Part shown: one piece after another, positions 9,161-18,451 of the stretch | Position numbering within the stretch: position 1 is the first letter of the stretch | Layout: each line of letters begins with the position of its first letter | Source of the DNA: a bacterium | GTDB taxonomy: Bacteria > Zhuqueibacterota > Zhuqueibacteria > Zhuqueibacterales > Zhuqueibacteraceae | Assembly (NCBI GenBank): GCA_044869275.1 | Contig: JBIOXB010000025.1 | Location: forward strand, 1-28,003 | Direction of reading: 5' to 3' | Length of the DNA stretch: 28,003 nucleotides | Translations under genes and position numbers: made by a program | The notes under the pieces: generated by a model | Seen by the model: only the letters and a program-made list of their open reading frames with translations | Databases searched by the model: none | What the model was told of the DNA's origin: nothing

Positions 9161-9901
9161 TTATCTTGGCCGCACGGCCTGCAGCACCACCACCTCGGGA
9201 AAATCATCTTGCTCTGCGCGCAGGTTCTCTTCGGGAAACAAACTTTGCTGGCGGCCGGGCGCGCCGGTTTGGTGCTGCCGCATGTCAAAAAAAGCAACGG
9301 CCTTTATCGCTGCCATGTAGTCTTGCACGGTATGGCGGAAGGCGCCGGTGCGAAATTCAAAATCGACTTCGGCCAGGTTATCCCCAACGCCGCGGTTTTT
9401 GGCATGCCCCTTATCGCTCGCGGCGCGCTCGGGATAATGCAGCGCAAGCACGAGCCGGCCACCGGGCTTGAGAATGCGATGCAATTCGCGCAACACCGCG
9501 TGCATGTGCTCAAGATGCTCGCCGGCGAGTGTGCACAGCACCGCATCAAAATGGCTGTTCACGAAAGGCAAAGACTCCCAGCTCTCATTGAACACGAGCG
9601 CGCTGTCGGAGAATTTTTTGTGGGCGGAGCGCAAAGCCGGCAGGGAAGAATCAATGCCGACGAAGCGGCTGCGCGCCTGCAAAAACTGCTTGAAACGGGC
9701 TCCGGCACCGCAGCCCAAATCGAGAATGATTTCTCCCGCCTTGGGCGCCAGCGCGATCAAGCCCAGGCGATCGTCGATTTTGGCGCGGCGCACGCGAAGC
9801 CGTGCTGCAGGTACAGCTTCGGCGGCACGTGGCTTGGCGCGCGGCACGGATCGCCGCACAGGTTCCGTCGTCGTTTTCAGCATCACCGCGTCGACAGCCA
9901 T
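9161..9901 (-). CDS. Class I SAM-dependent methyltransferase (Methyltransf_11/25-like)
   Basis: ILDLGCGAG motif I, GIDSS, LPFVNSHFDAVLC, LRELHRILKPGGRLVL; GGAGA RBS before ATG 9901. Confidence 0.85.
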   Translation of the reverse strand: MAVDAVMLKTTTEPVRRSVPRAKPRAAEAVPAARLRVRRAKIDDRLGLIALAPKAGEIILDLGCGAGARFKQFLQARSRFVGIDSSLPALRSAHKKFSDSALVFNESWESLPFVNSHFDAVLCTLAGEHLEHMHAVLRELHRILKPGGRLVLALHYPERAASDKGHAKNRGVGDNLAEVDFEFRTGAFRHTVQDYMAAIKAVAFFDMRQHQTGAPGRQQSLFPEENLRAEQDDFPEVVVLQAVRPR

Positions 9902-10008
9902 AATCGTCTCCGGCAAGAAGGTATGATGGGCAGCGATTGGAACGATTTGAATTACATCGGCATGAAGCACGCCTCTTCGTCAGAGGCTGAAAACTAAGGA
10001 ATCCACTC

Positions 10009-11658
10009 TTGCAGCCTCCCCAAACCTCCGCGACCATTTCCGTTGATCCCCGCAACCGTTTGAATGATTTGGACAGCCGCAGCTGGCTGAAGTTTCAAAA
10101 AAGCTGGTTTGTGCTTCCCGCCGCAAAGTCTTTAACCAAGAGCGCAGCGGAATTCATTCTTTTCTTTACCAAAAAGAACCCTGCCGCGGGAGGGCGTGCG
10201 CGCGTCGGCTTGTTGCGGGAAAATGCCGGCATGCTTTCGCCGCTGGTGAAAAGACTCGGCCGTGAAGCCGTGGTTTTCAAGGCGGCGGCAGCCGCTTCTG
10301 CTCAGACTGCCGCGAAACAACTTGATTACGTCCTGATCGATCTTTGCCATTTGCTGGCGGGCGAGCAGCACTCTTTGGAGAATATTGCTGCGGGGCTCCA
10401 AGCGGTGCAGCAGCTTGCCTCCCGCCTCAAGCCCAACGCTTATTTGACAATTTTCGCCCGCAACTTCGAGGCGCAAGGCCGCTTGTTGCCTTGGGCCTGG
10501 CATTTCGGGCTGGCCGTGAGCCGGTTCCTGGTCATCAAAGATGAGAGAATCGGTTGCTCGTCCGCCTCCGGCGCGCTGAACCTCATCCGCGCCGACGGCG
10601 AATTAACGCGCGCTGAGCGCAGCGAAAGCACGGCGCTGCGAGCGGAACAACACAAAAAAAGGCACGCGCCTGAAGGATGGAAAACCAGGCAAGATGTGAT
10701 TTATTGCTTGAACTTCCGGCGGGAAGAAAACGAGGGTGAGAACTCCGTTCACAGTGTTTTTCCTCTCTCCAAACCTTTTTTCCTCACACCCTCCACCCCA
10801 CCTCCATCCTTGCCAAAATCTAAAACAAGTTCCGGCAAAATGCAACCTCGCGGAAAAGAAATCGCGCCGCGCACGCGTTTGGCGCAACCCGCCGCGCTGC
10901 CACCTTCATGGTTTGTGGCGAAGCCGCCGCCGCGCGAGAAGAATGTTTTGCTGCATCCGGCAAAATTTCCGGAGTCCCTGGTCACTTATTTCCTGCGTGA
11001 GTTTTCACGGGAAGGCGAGCGCGTTTTCGATCCCATGGCCGGAACCGGCAGCACGCTTTTGGCGGCGCTGGCAGAGCAACGGCACGCTTGCGGCATCGAA
11101 TTGAATCCGCAATTTCATGGCATCGCGGTCGCGCGCCTCCAGAAATATTGCCAGGAGCATGCTGCCGCTAAAAAGCTCTCGTGGCGATTGGCCTGCGGCG
11201 ACGCCGCGCTCGTCAAAAGCTACCGCACGCTGCCGCAGACCTTCGACTACGTATTGACCAGTCCGCCGTATTGGGACATGCTGCGCATGAAAGGCGCAGA
11301 GACGCAACAAAAGCGCCAGCAGGCCGGTCTACTGCAATTCTATTCCAATGACGCGCGCGATCTCGGCAACCGCGAGGATTACGCCGTGTTTCTCGCCGAT
11401 TTGGTGAAAATCTATCTTCGCGTTGCCGCGCGGCTGGCCGCCGGCCGTTACATGACCATCGTGGTGAAAAACGTCAAAAAGCGCGGCAGAATCTATCCGC
11501 TGGCGTGGGATTTGGCATTGCGTCTCAGCGATCATCTCATTCTATGCCACGAACAGTTTTGGTGCCAGGACGACCAGCGGCTGGCGCCGTTTGGCTACCG
11601 GTATGCCTGGGTGAGCAATACCTTTCATCACTATTGCCTGCACTTTCGCAAGCCCTAA
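10009..11658 (+). CDS. Orphan N4/N6 amino-methyltransferase family protein (SPPY) with a degenerate N-terminal duplicate domain
   Basis: HPAKFP, VFDPMAGTGST (motif I), GIELNP and TSPPYW (motif IV) in the C-terminal half; AAGGA RBS before TTG 10009. Confidence 0.85.
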   Translation: MQPPQTSATISVDPRNRLNDLDSRSWLKFQKSWFVLPAAKSLTKSAAEFILFFTKKNPAAGGRARVGLLRENAGMLSPLVKRLGREAVVFKAAAAASAQTAAKQLDYVLIDLCHLLAGEQHSLENIAAGLQAVQQLASRLKPNAYLTIFARNFEAQGRLLPWAWHFGLAVSRFLVIKDERIGCSSASGALNLIRADGELTRAERSESTALRAEQHKKRHAPEGWKTRQDVIYCLNFRREENEGENSVHSVFPLSKPFFLTPSTPPPSLPKSKTSSGKMQPRGKEIAPRTRLAQPAALPPSWFVAKPPPREKNVLLHPAKFPESLVTYFLREFSREGERVFDPMAGTGSTLLAALAEQRHACGIELNPQFHGIAVARLQKYCQEHAAAKKLSWRLACGDAALVKSYRTLPQTFDYVLTSPPYWDMLRMKGAETQQKRQQAGLLQFYSNDARDLGNREDYAVFLADLVKIYLRVAARLAAGRYMTIVVKNVKKRGRIYPLAWDLALRLSDHLILCHEQFWCQDDQRLAPFGYRYAWVSNTFHHYCLHFRKP

Positions 11659-12624
11659 TTATGAGCTGCTGTTTTCTTCACCTGCATTTTGATTCGTGAC
11701 TGCTTCTGGTCCGGACTCGCGCGTGGGCGAGGTCATGCCGTTGCCCGCGCGGTCGCGCCAGATGCGATGCTCGTCGCAATACATGTTTTGCCGCGGCGCT
11801 GCTTTGTAAGTCGATTCGAAAACTTTGCCGCATTTCGCGCACATATAAGTGTAAACCGTGCGCTCGCGCTCGACGCGATGCGTGAGTTGCAAGTCCTCCA
11901 GAAAATCCTGAAAACGCACCACCGGATAATCGCTAAAGCGCATGGTCAGCTTGGGAAAGAGATATTCATAGGCCGCCGAACCGCCGATGGTGAAAATCAG
12001 CACGCGCTTGCCCAATTGCCGCACGCGATCGAGCGCGGGTTGGTAATCCGCGTCGCCCAGCACCGCGATGGCAATGTCGTACGCATCGATGGCAGCCAGA
12101 TACAGCATGTTGATGCCGAGCGCCATGTCGATGGTGCGCTCTTTGGGCAGAAAATTCGGATCGCCTTCCAGCTCGATACGATCTTGCAGCGCCATGTAAT
12201 GGCCGCGAAAATCAATTTCATGCAACACCAGATCGAAGCCGAGATTCTCGCTCAATAGCGTATAAAACTTGCGCTGATCGTCCAGCTTGAGGCCGTCGTC
12301 TGGATGCACGTTCGCCGGCACGCTAGCGTAATAATAAGTGCGTACCATATCCAGTTCCGGCTCGTGCCCGTGCGTGTTCTGCATGTATTCGCGCAAGAAC
12401 TTCAGCGCCACGATGTTGATTTTGCTGAAATCGATTTTGTACGGCCCGCCATGCGCCTTCACCAGCATGTCTTGATTATGGTACAACCACGAGCCGTCCA
12501 CAAACGTCATACAGCGCAACAAACCCGTCCGGCGAATGGCGGCCGGCCGCCGCATTTCATGATTGCCCTCTGTGCTCACGGCCGTTTGATTATTACCTTC
12601 CACGGTTTCCTGCAAAGTTGTCAT
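11659..12624 (-). CDS. NYN (LabA/DUF88, PIN-fold) domain protein with a C-terminal CxxC-x17-CxxH zinc ribbon
   Basis: FVDGSWL, KERTIDMAL, AVLGDADYQPALDRVRQLGKRV; CAKC-x17-CDEH. GAGGA RBS before ATG 12624. Confidence 0.85.
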   Translation of the reverse strand: MTTLQETVEGNNQTAVSTEGNHEMRRPAAIRRTGLLRCMTFVDGSWLYHNQDMLVKAHGGPYKIDFSKINIVALKFLREYMQNTHGHEPELDMVRTYYYASVPANVHPDDGLKLDDQRKFYTLLSENLGFDLVLHEIDFRGHYMALQDRIELEGDPNFLPKERTIDMALGINMLYLAAIDAYDIAIAVLGDADYQPALDRVRQLGKRVLIFTIGGSAAYEYLFPKLTMRFSDYPVVRFQDFLEDLQLTHRVERERTVYTYMCAKCGKVFESTYKAAPRQNMYCDEHRIWRDRAGNGMTSPTRESGPEAVTNQNAGEENSSS

Positions 12625-12659
12625 CACGTTCCTCAATACTTAATGATTTTGGTTTGCAT

Positions 12660-14504
12660 TTAAGATGCCATCAAAAAATTCTCCGGCTTGACTCGCCGCA
12701 ATTGTTTCTGATACTCATCGAATTGCTGCAACAGCTCCGCCACTTCTCCGCCCTGCGTTTCCACGGATTTGATTTGATGGCGCAGCGCCTGCAAATGATC
12801 CTCGATCATATGGCGCTGCAGTGTGGCGAGGCAATCCGCGGACCAGCGGCGATAATCGCGCTCGAGCTCTTGTCGCATTTCGCGACTGATCACGCCGGAG
12901 ACGAATTCCGCCTGCGCCGGATCATGGAAAAAATGCAGCAGTTCTTCCGGCTCCAGCGGCGTTTCGCGTGACAGCAATTCCGAGAAAACCTTCGCCATCT
13001 CCCGCGCCTGCGGATCGCGAAAATCCTCCAACCGCATAAAGCTGAAAATGAAGCGAATCGCCTCCCATTGCAGAATCATGATGCGGATCAGCTCCAGCTC
13101 CACCGCGCGGCTGCGTGCCGCCATGCTGCTTTCCGGGCTGGTGATCGCCGCCAGTTTGGACGGCAAGCTGCCTTCGCGGTAGCGGCCGCGTTGCTGGCGC
13201 ACCCGCCGCAGGCGGCCGATTTCTTCCCACAACACTCCTTCGTCGACGCGCAATTGCTCGGCCATGCGATGCACGAGCGCTTGTCGCTCCAGGCCGTCAT
13301 TGATGCGCGCCAGTGTTTCAACAATCGAACGCAATTGTTCGGTGCGCGGCGCTTCGTCTGTCTCGGCGCGCGGTGCCTCTGTGTGTAGAATCTTGAAATC
13401 CAACAGCGAGGGTGCGCGCGCCAAAATCTCGCGCATCTCGGCGGCGGGCTTTTTCAGCAGGAAACTGTCGGGATCCTCGCCCGGCGACAACGTCGCCACA
13501 AAAACGTGCAAGCCGTTTTCAACGAGAATGTCAGCGCCGCGCAAGGTTGCTGAAGCACCGGCGGCGTCGCTATCAAATAACAGCACGACGTTTTTGGTGT
13601 AACGCAGGATCAGGCGGGCTTGCGCCTCGGTCAGCGCCGTGCCCGAAGTCGCGACCGTGTTGGTGAAGCCGCAGACGTGCATGCGCATGACGTCGAGATA
13701 ACCTTCCACCACGATCAGGCGATCGTGGCTGCGCAACGCTTCGCGGGCGAGCGTGAAGGCATACAATCCGTGGCCTTTTTGATAAATCAGCGTTTCGGGC
13801 GAGTTGATGTACTTGGCTGAATCATCGTCGACGATGCGCCGGCCGCCGAATGCGATCACGCGTCCGGAGAGATTGAGGATCGGAAACATCACGCGGTTGC
13901 GGAAGCGGTCGTAGTATCCGGTTTTTTGCCCATCCTTTTCGCGTGCATTGAGCAATCCTGCCTGCACCAAGATTTCAGGATTGGCCGCCTTCTGGCGCGC
14001 GTATTCGACCAGGCCATCCCATTTGTCCGGCGCAAAGCCGGCCCCGAATGCGTGCAGGGCTTCATCATTGAATCCGCGCCCGTGCAGATATTCGCGGCCG
14101 ACCTTGCCCGCCTCACTCGACAGGACGTGCTGGAAAAACTCCGCGGCGAGCTGGTTCACAAAATACAATGCTTCTTTCTCTTGCGCGGCGGCATGGTCTT
14201 CCTGATCCGGCTCGGGAATGTTGATACCCGCGCGCTTGGCCAGCACGCGCACGGCCTCGGGAAAGCCGACGCCCTCGACCTTTTGCACGAAAGCAAAAAC
14301 GTTTCCGCCGGCGCCGCAGCCGAAACAATGAAAAATCTGCTTGTCGGGGTTCACGCTGAACGACGGCGTTTTTTCGGAATGAAATGGGCACAAACCGAAA
14401 AAATTTCGCCCCGACTTTTTCAAAGTCACATATTCCGAAACCACGCTGACGACGTCCGTGGCGTAGCGAACTTCATCAATAATGTTGGGCGGAATCGCTG
14501 CCAT
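12660..14504 (-). CDS. dnaG: DNA primase
   Basis: CHC2 zinc finger CPFHSEKTPSF...CFGC; DRFRNRVMFPI, FGGR, KYINSPET; Toprim VVEGYLDV and FDSDAAG; DPD motif. ATG overlaps the upstream TGA (TGATG). Confidence 0.97.
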   Translation of the reverse strand: MAAIPPNIIDEVRYATDVVSVVSEYVTLKKSGRNFFGLCPFHSEKTPSFSVNPDKQIFHCFGCGAGGNVFAFVQKVEGVGFPEAVRVLAKRAGINIPEPDQEDHAAAQEKEALYFVNQLAAEFFQHVLSSEAGKVGREYLHGRGFNDEALHAFGAGFAPDKWDGLVEYARQKAANPEILVQAGLLNAREKDGQKTGYYDRFRNRVMFPILNLSGRVIAFGGRRIVDDDSAKYINSPETLIYQKGHGLYAFTLAREALRSHDRLIVVEGYLDVMRMHVCGFTNTVATSGTALTEAQARLILRYTKNVVLLFDSDAAGASATLRGADILVENGLHVFVATLSPGEDPDSFLLKKPAAEMREILARAPSLLDFKILHTEAPRAETDEAPRTEQLRSIVETLARINDGLERQALVHRMAEQLRVDEGVLWEEIGRLRRVRQQRGRYREGSLPSKLAAITSPESSMAARSRAVELELIRIMILQWEAIRFIFSFMRLEDFRDPQAREMAKVFSELLSRETPLEPEELLHFFHDPAQAEFVSGVISREMRQELERDYRRWSADCLATLQRHMIEDHLQALRHQIKSVETQGGEVAELLQQFDEYQKQLRRVKPENFLMAS

Positions 14505-16165
14505 CAATCCTGTTCTTCGTCTTCTTCCAACTGGCGCTGGCCCAGATAGAGCTTGCGCCGCACGAACAATTCGACCAGATCTTTATCCAGCTTGCCGCGT
14601 TGGGCTTCGCGCTGCAAAATATCCACGATCTGCTCGATGGGCATTTCCTTTTTGTACGGCCGGTCCTTGGAGCTGAGCGCGTCGTAGATGTCGGAGATGC
14701 ACATGATGCGTGCTTGCAGCGGAATCTCGTCGCCCTTCAAGCCCATGGGATAGCCGGAGCCGTCCAAATATTCATGATGTGCCGCGGCGATTTTGGGAAT
14801 GTTTTCGAGATCTTTCGTGAACGGAATCTTGCGCAAAATCTCCATCGTGTATTCGACGTGGCGCTGGATTTCCTTGTATTCCGAGGCGGTGAGATTGCCG
14901 CGCACCACGGCCAGGCATTCGTACTCCTTGTGCGTGAGATAATAACGTTCTTCGCCGGCACAGTCCATAAAAGACTTTTCCGCAATCTGCCGCAAACGTT
15001 CCAAATCGCCCGAGGCCAGCGTTTCACTGGGAACATTGACCCGCCGCAGAAATTCCAGTTCTTCGTCGAGGGCCTTTATCTCTTCCGACAATTTCGCTTC
15101 CAAGTCTTGAAACGCCTGGCTGTGGTCGCCCGGCGTCTGCATCAATTCATATTTTTGTTTCATCGCGCGAATCACACATGCGGATTTGATCGCCGTGAAA
15201 CGTTCCGCGACCACCTCAATCTGATCATCGTTGAGCTTGGTGACTTTTTCGAGCACGGCCTCTTTGATGCCGATTTTGCCGATATCGTGCAGCCAGCCCG
15301 CCATGCGCAGTTCTTCCAATTGTTCCGGTGAGAACTTCACGCCGGCAAACGTGCCTTCTTTTTCCTCGTTGATCGCTTTTGCCATGCGCATGGAAAATTT
15401 CGCCACGCGGCCGGAGTGGCCGGCGGTGTGCGGCGAGCGCGAGTCGATGGCTTTTGCCGAATAGCGCACCAGCGAGCGGAACAGGTTCTTGATTTCCTCG
15501 ATCAATTTCGCATTGCGGATGGCGACCGCAGCCTGGCTGGCGAGCGAAAGGATCAACGTCTCGTATTCCCGGCGGAAAGGCACAACGTGGCTGTGCTCAT
15601 CCAGCGAATTGACCAGTTGCAATACGCCGATGATTTCGTCCTTGTGATCACGCATGGGCACGGTGAGCATCGATTTGCTGCGATAGCCCATGCGGCGGTC
15701 GAATTCTTTATTGAAGCGGTATGCGACCGTGGGCGGGATGTGATAAACGTCGGAAATGTTCAGCGTCTGGCCGGTGATGGCGACGTAGCCTGAAATACTT
15801 TCTTTGGTCAGCGGCACGTAAAAAGACTTGAAGGAAGGCTTTTCCGGGGATTTTCTTTCCAGAGATTCCGTTTGCGCGACCAAGAAATTCAGCTTGTCTC
15901 CTTCTTTGATATAGAGACTGCCGCCGTCGGCCAGCGTGAAGCGCCGGGCTTCGGTAACAATCAATTCAAGCAGTTTATTCAAATTGTGTTCACTGGATAG
16001 TGCGATACCGATCTGGTTGAGGCGGGCGATTTGCGATTGCAGATTTTCGTAAATTGCCACGCCGGAGCGATCGCTGCTCATGGATTTCCTCGTCAAAGAT
16101 GTCGAGCGTGATGTCCTGTAACCGTTGCCATTACGATGCAGCTTGCCACGTAAAGTGGATGTCAT
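14504..16165 (-). CDS. GAF plus HD-GYP cyclic-dinucleotide phosphodiesterase
   Basis: GAF (SKSMLTVPM...IIGVLQLVN); HTAGHSGRV, LHDIGKIG, HHEYLDGSGYP, DIYDAL...RPYK; helical insertion between HD and GYP. GAGG RBS before ATG 16165. Confidence 0.92.
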   Translation of the reverse strand: MTSTLRGKLHRNGNGYRTSRSTSLTRKSMSSDRSGVAIYENLQSQIARLNQIGIALSSEHNLNKLLELIVTEARRFTLADGGSLYIKEGDKLNFLVAQTESLERKSPEKPSFKSFYVPLTKESISGYVAITGQTLNISDVYHIPPTVAYRFNKEFDRRMGYRSKSMLTVPMRDHKDEIIGVLQLVNSLDEHSHVVPFRREYETLILSLASQAAVAIRNAKLIEEIKNLFRSLVRYSAKAIDSRSPHTAGHSGRVAKFSMRMAKAINEEKEGTFAGVKFSPEQLEELRMAGWLHDIGKIGIKEAVLEKVTKLNDDQIEVVAERFTAIKSACVIRAMKQKYELMQTPGDHSQAFQDLEAKLSEEIKALDEELEFLRRVNVPSETLASGDLERLRQIAEKSFMDCAGEERYYLTHKEYECLAVVRGNLTASEYKEIQRHVEYTMEILRKIPFTKDLENIPKIAAAHHEYLDGSGYPMGLKGDEIPLQARIMCISDIYDALSSKDRPYKKEMPIEQIVDILQREAQRGKLDKDLVELFVRRKLYLGQRQLEEDEEQD

Positions 16166-16407
16166 ATTCGCTCGCCTCACAGCATATTGAAACGGAATAT
16201 TTTTCGCGCGGAAACGCCACCTACCCGCCAGGTTCCAAGTTTGTTTCGAGAAAGCCCCAGATTTGAGACGATAGTACCGACACGGAGCTGGAAGTCCGGA
16301 ATGAGTCACTGCGGATTTTGACGGCCACGGCAAGGGCCGTGATTTATGATCGCACAAAAAGGTGGTGGCAACCGCGGAGTCGATTCGGGTTCTCAGAGAA
16401 ACAGGGC

Positions 16408-16436
16408 AAGATAGAAAACGACCCTGCCAGATGCAA
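16408..16436 (-). promoter_or_regulatory. Putative sigma70 promoter for the HD-GYP, dnaG, NYN run
   Basis: Minus-strand TTGCAT-N17-TATCTT, implying a leader of roughly 235 nt. Confidence 0.4.
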
Positions 16437-16523
16437 GAAAGAAAATCCGGCAAGGTAATACTTTGATCACCGCGTCAACAGCAGGCACCACGGCATGGCA
16501 GGAAGGTGAGTGCCGGGGTCGAA

Positions 16524-18032
16524 CTAATTGTCTTGCTCTTCCTCCTCGTCCTCTTCGGTGCGTTTGATGTTGCTGAACATGCGATCCAGCATATCGGAAT
16601 AGGTGCGCACCGGGCCGACTTCATCACGGCTCAGCATCGAGTTTTGATGCAAACCTTCGAGCACGAACTCCATACCCACCGCGAGCTGCAGCGGGTTCAT
16701 CTCCTTTGCGCCCGGCAGGAATTGCAGCGTCAATTCGCGCAGGCCGTCAATCGATTGCAGGGCACGGAAGTATTCCTGCTGCGGCAGCGTGTCCGCAAGA
16801 TCGATTTTGCGGCCATTTTTGAAATAACTCACGACTTTGCGATAGTGGTTTTCACCCTTCTTCATGGCCGCGTAGGGTTCCGGAAAATAGCTCAGGAAAA
16901 CCTGCTTGATCGCCTTGCCCAGCAAGCCTTTGGCGACATTCATGATGCCTTCCTGCTCGCCTTCGTACACCAGCTCTACTTTGCCGGTGACGGCGGATAA
17001 AGCGGTATAGAGATCACAAACGCGCGCCACCAGCTCATGGTCACCGGTGAGGTAATTCCGGCGCTCGGCGTTGCTCACCACGTTTTCCAAAAAAGTGATG
17101 GTCAAACGCGCGGACACGCCGCTTTTTTGATCGACAAATTCGCTATGCCGCGCCTCGACCGCGAGTTGCTCGATAATCATGCGCAGAATCGGCGCGACGT
17201 GCACCGGCACGCCGTCACGCTTCACCCAGGCTTCCTGCGCGGTGATCTGCATGCCGGCTTCCAGGGTGCGCGGATAATGTGTTTGAATCTGCGAGCCGAT
17301 GCGATCCTTCAACGGCGTGATCAGATTGCCGCGATTGGTGTAGTCTTCGGGATTGGCGGAATAGACGATCATCACGTCCAGCGGAATGCGCAGCGGAAAG
17401 CCGCGAATCTGAATATCCTTTTCCTGCATGATGTTGAACAAGCCCACCTGGATGCGCGGCTGCAAATCCGGCAGCTCGTTGATCGCGAAGATGCCGCGGT
17501 TCACGCGCGGAATGATGCCAAAGTGAATGATGCCCTCGTGGGCGTAATGCAGGCGCTGCGCTGCGGCTTTGATGGGATCGATGTCGCCGATCAAATCGGC
17601 GATGGTGACGTCGGGCGTCGCGAGCTTCTCGCCGTAGCGCCGGTCGCGGCCGATCCATTCGATTTCGGCGTTGTCGCCGAATTCACGAATCAGATCCACG
17701 CCGTACTTCGATACCGGGGCGAAGGGATGGTCGTTGATCTCGCTGCCTTTGAGAATCGGAATGTATTCGTCCAGCAAATTCGGCAAAGAACGCAAAATGC
17801 GGCTTTTCGCCTGGCCGCGCAATCCCAGCAGTATGATGTCGTGCCGGGAGAGGATGGCGTTGCAAATATCGGGAATGACGGTTTCGTCATAGCCCACGAT
17901 GCCCGGAAAAATTCGTTCCTTCTTACGTAGCTTCGCAATCAGGTTTTTGCGGACTTCGTCTTTGACGGAAAGAACTTTATATTCGGCGGCGCGGAGCTGG
18001 GCGACGGTGCGGAGGTCCAGAAGATTTTTCAT
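16524..18032 (-). CDS. ChlI/MoxR-related AAA+ ATPase, partner of the vWA protein
   Basis: Walker A variant GLRGQAKS, Walker B variant FAINELPDL, SANPEDYTNRG, LKDR, GVSAR. Confidence 0.88.
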   Translation of the reverse strand: MKNLLDLRTVAQLRAAEYKVLSVKDEVRKNLIAKLRKKERIFPGIVGYDETVIPDICNAILSRHDIILLGLRGQAKSRILRSLPNLLDEYIPILKGSEINDHPFAPVSKYGVDLIREFGDNAEIEWIGRDRRYGEKLATPDVTIADLIGDIDPIKAAAQRLHYAHEGIIHFGIIPRVNRGIFAINELPDLQPRIQVGLFNIMQEKDIQIRGFPLRIPLDVMIVYSANPEDYTNRGNLITPLKDRIGSQIQTHYPRTLEAGMQITAQEAWVKRDGVPVHVAPILRMIIEQLAVEARHSEFVDQKSGVSARLTITFLENVVSNAERRNYLTGDHELVARVCDLYTALSAVTGKVELVYEGEQEGIMNVAKGLLGKAIKQVFLSYFPEPYAAMKKGENHYRKVVSYFKNGRKIDLADTLPQQEYFRALQSIDGLRELTLQFLPGAKEMNPLQLAVGMEFVLEGLHQNSMLSRDEVGPVRTYSDMLDRMFSNIKRTEEDEEEEQDN

Positions 18033-18094
18033 GAAAAATTCAACTCATCAAAACTAGATATCATTCAGAAACTGTTGTCATTTGAGAAGGCGAT

Positions 18095-18451
18095 TCAAGA
18101 ATTGTGTTCAGAAGTTAGCTCGGCAAGAATGCCACGCACTTCATCCCGGAGAGTTGGCAAATCTTGAATTGCGGTCAACCAGACCTTGTCAATATCGACA
18201 CCGAAATAATCATGAATAAGCTTATCTCGCATGCCAGCGATATCATCCCAAGGAATTTTGGAGAATCTGTCACGCCATTCACGCGAAAGACGTTTTGTGG
18301 CTTCGCCGATTATCTCGAGCTGCCGGATAACGCCATCTTGAATCAGCGTGTCACGGTGGAAGGCTTCTCCATCAACACCCTGCAAATAGGCTTCGATCTT
18401 GGCAATAGCATCGAGAATATGTTGCAAATAAATTGATTCATCCCGCTTCAT
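18095..18451 (-). CDS. HepT-like (DUF86) HEPN ribonuclease toxin
   Basis: YLQHILDAI, LEIIGEA, PWDDIAGMRDKLIHDYFGVD (Rx4H motif followed by Tyr). Confidence 0.93.
   Translation of the reverse strand: MKRDESIYLQHILDAIAKIEAYLQGVDGEAFHRDTLIQDGVIRQLEIIGEATKRLSREWRDRFSKIPWDDIAGMRDKLIHDYFGVDIDKVWLTAIQDLPTLRDEVRGILAELTSEHNS

Noticed and set aside
8195..9997. 600-aa plus-strand ORF
   Set aside because: Antisense shadow of glgA and the methyltransferase gene; no recognisable motifs. Long shadow ORFs are expected at this GC content.
10776..10812. Pyrimidine-rich tract (G-rich on the minus strand)
   Set aside because: Explained by the Pro/Ser-rich linker codons of the methyltransferase.
10009..12624. 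Methyltransferase plus NYN as a restriction-modification system
   Set aside because: The genes are convergent, NYN is an RNase-type fold, and no PD-(D/E)xK, HNH or helicase gene is adjacent.
16166..16453. Extended N-terminus of the HD-GYP ORF, or a c-di-GMP riboswitch in this region
   Set aside because: The extension lacks an RBS and looks non-coding, while ATG 16165 has a GAGG. No GEMM-I/II consensus was recognised.
16524..18032. True magnesium chelatase (photosynthesis)
   Set aside because: No ChlH/ChlD or pigment genes nearby; the length and vWA partner fit the generic AAA+/vWA subfamily.
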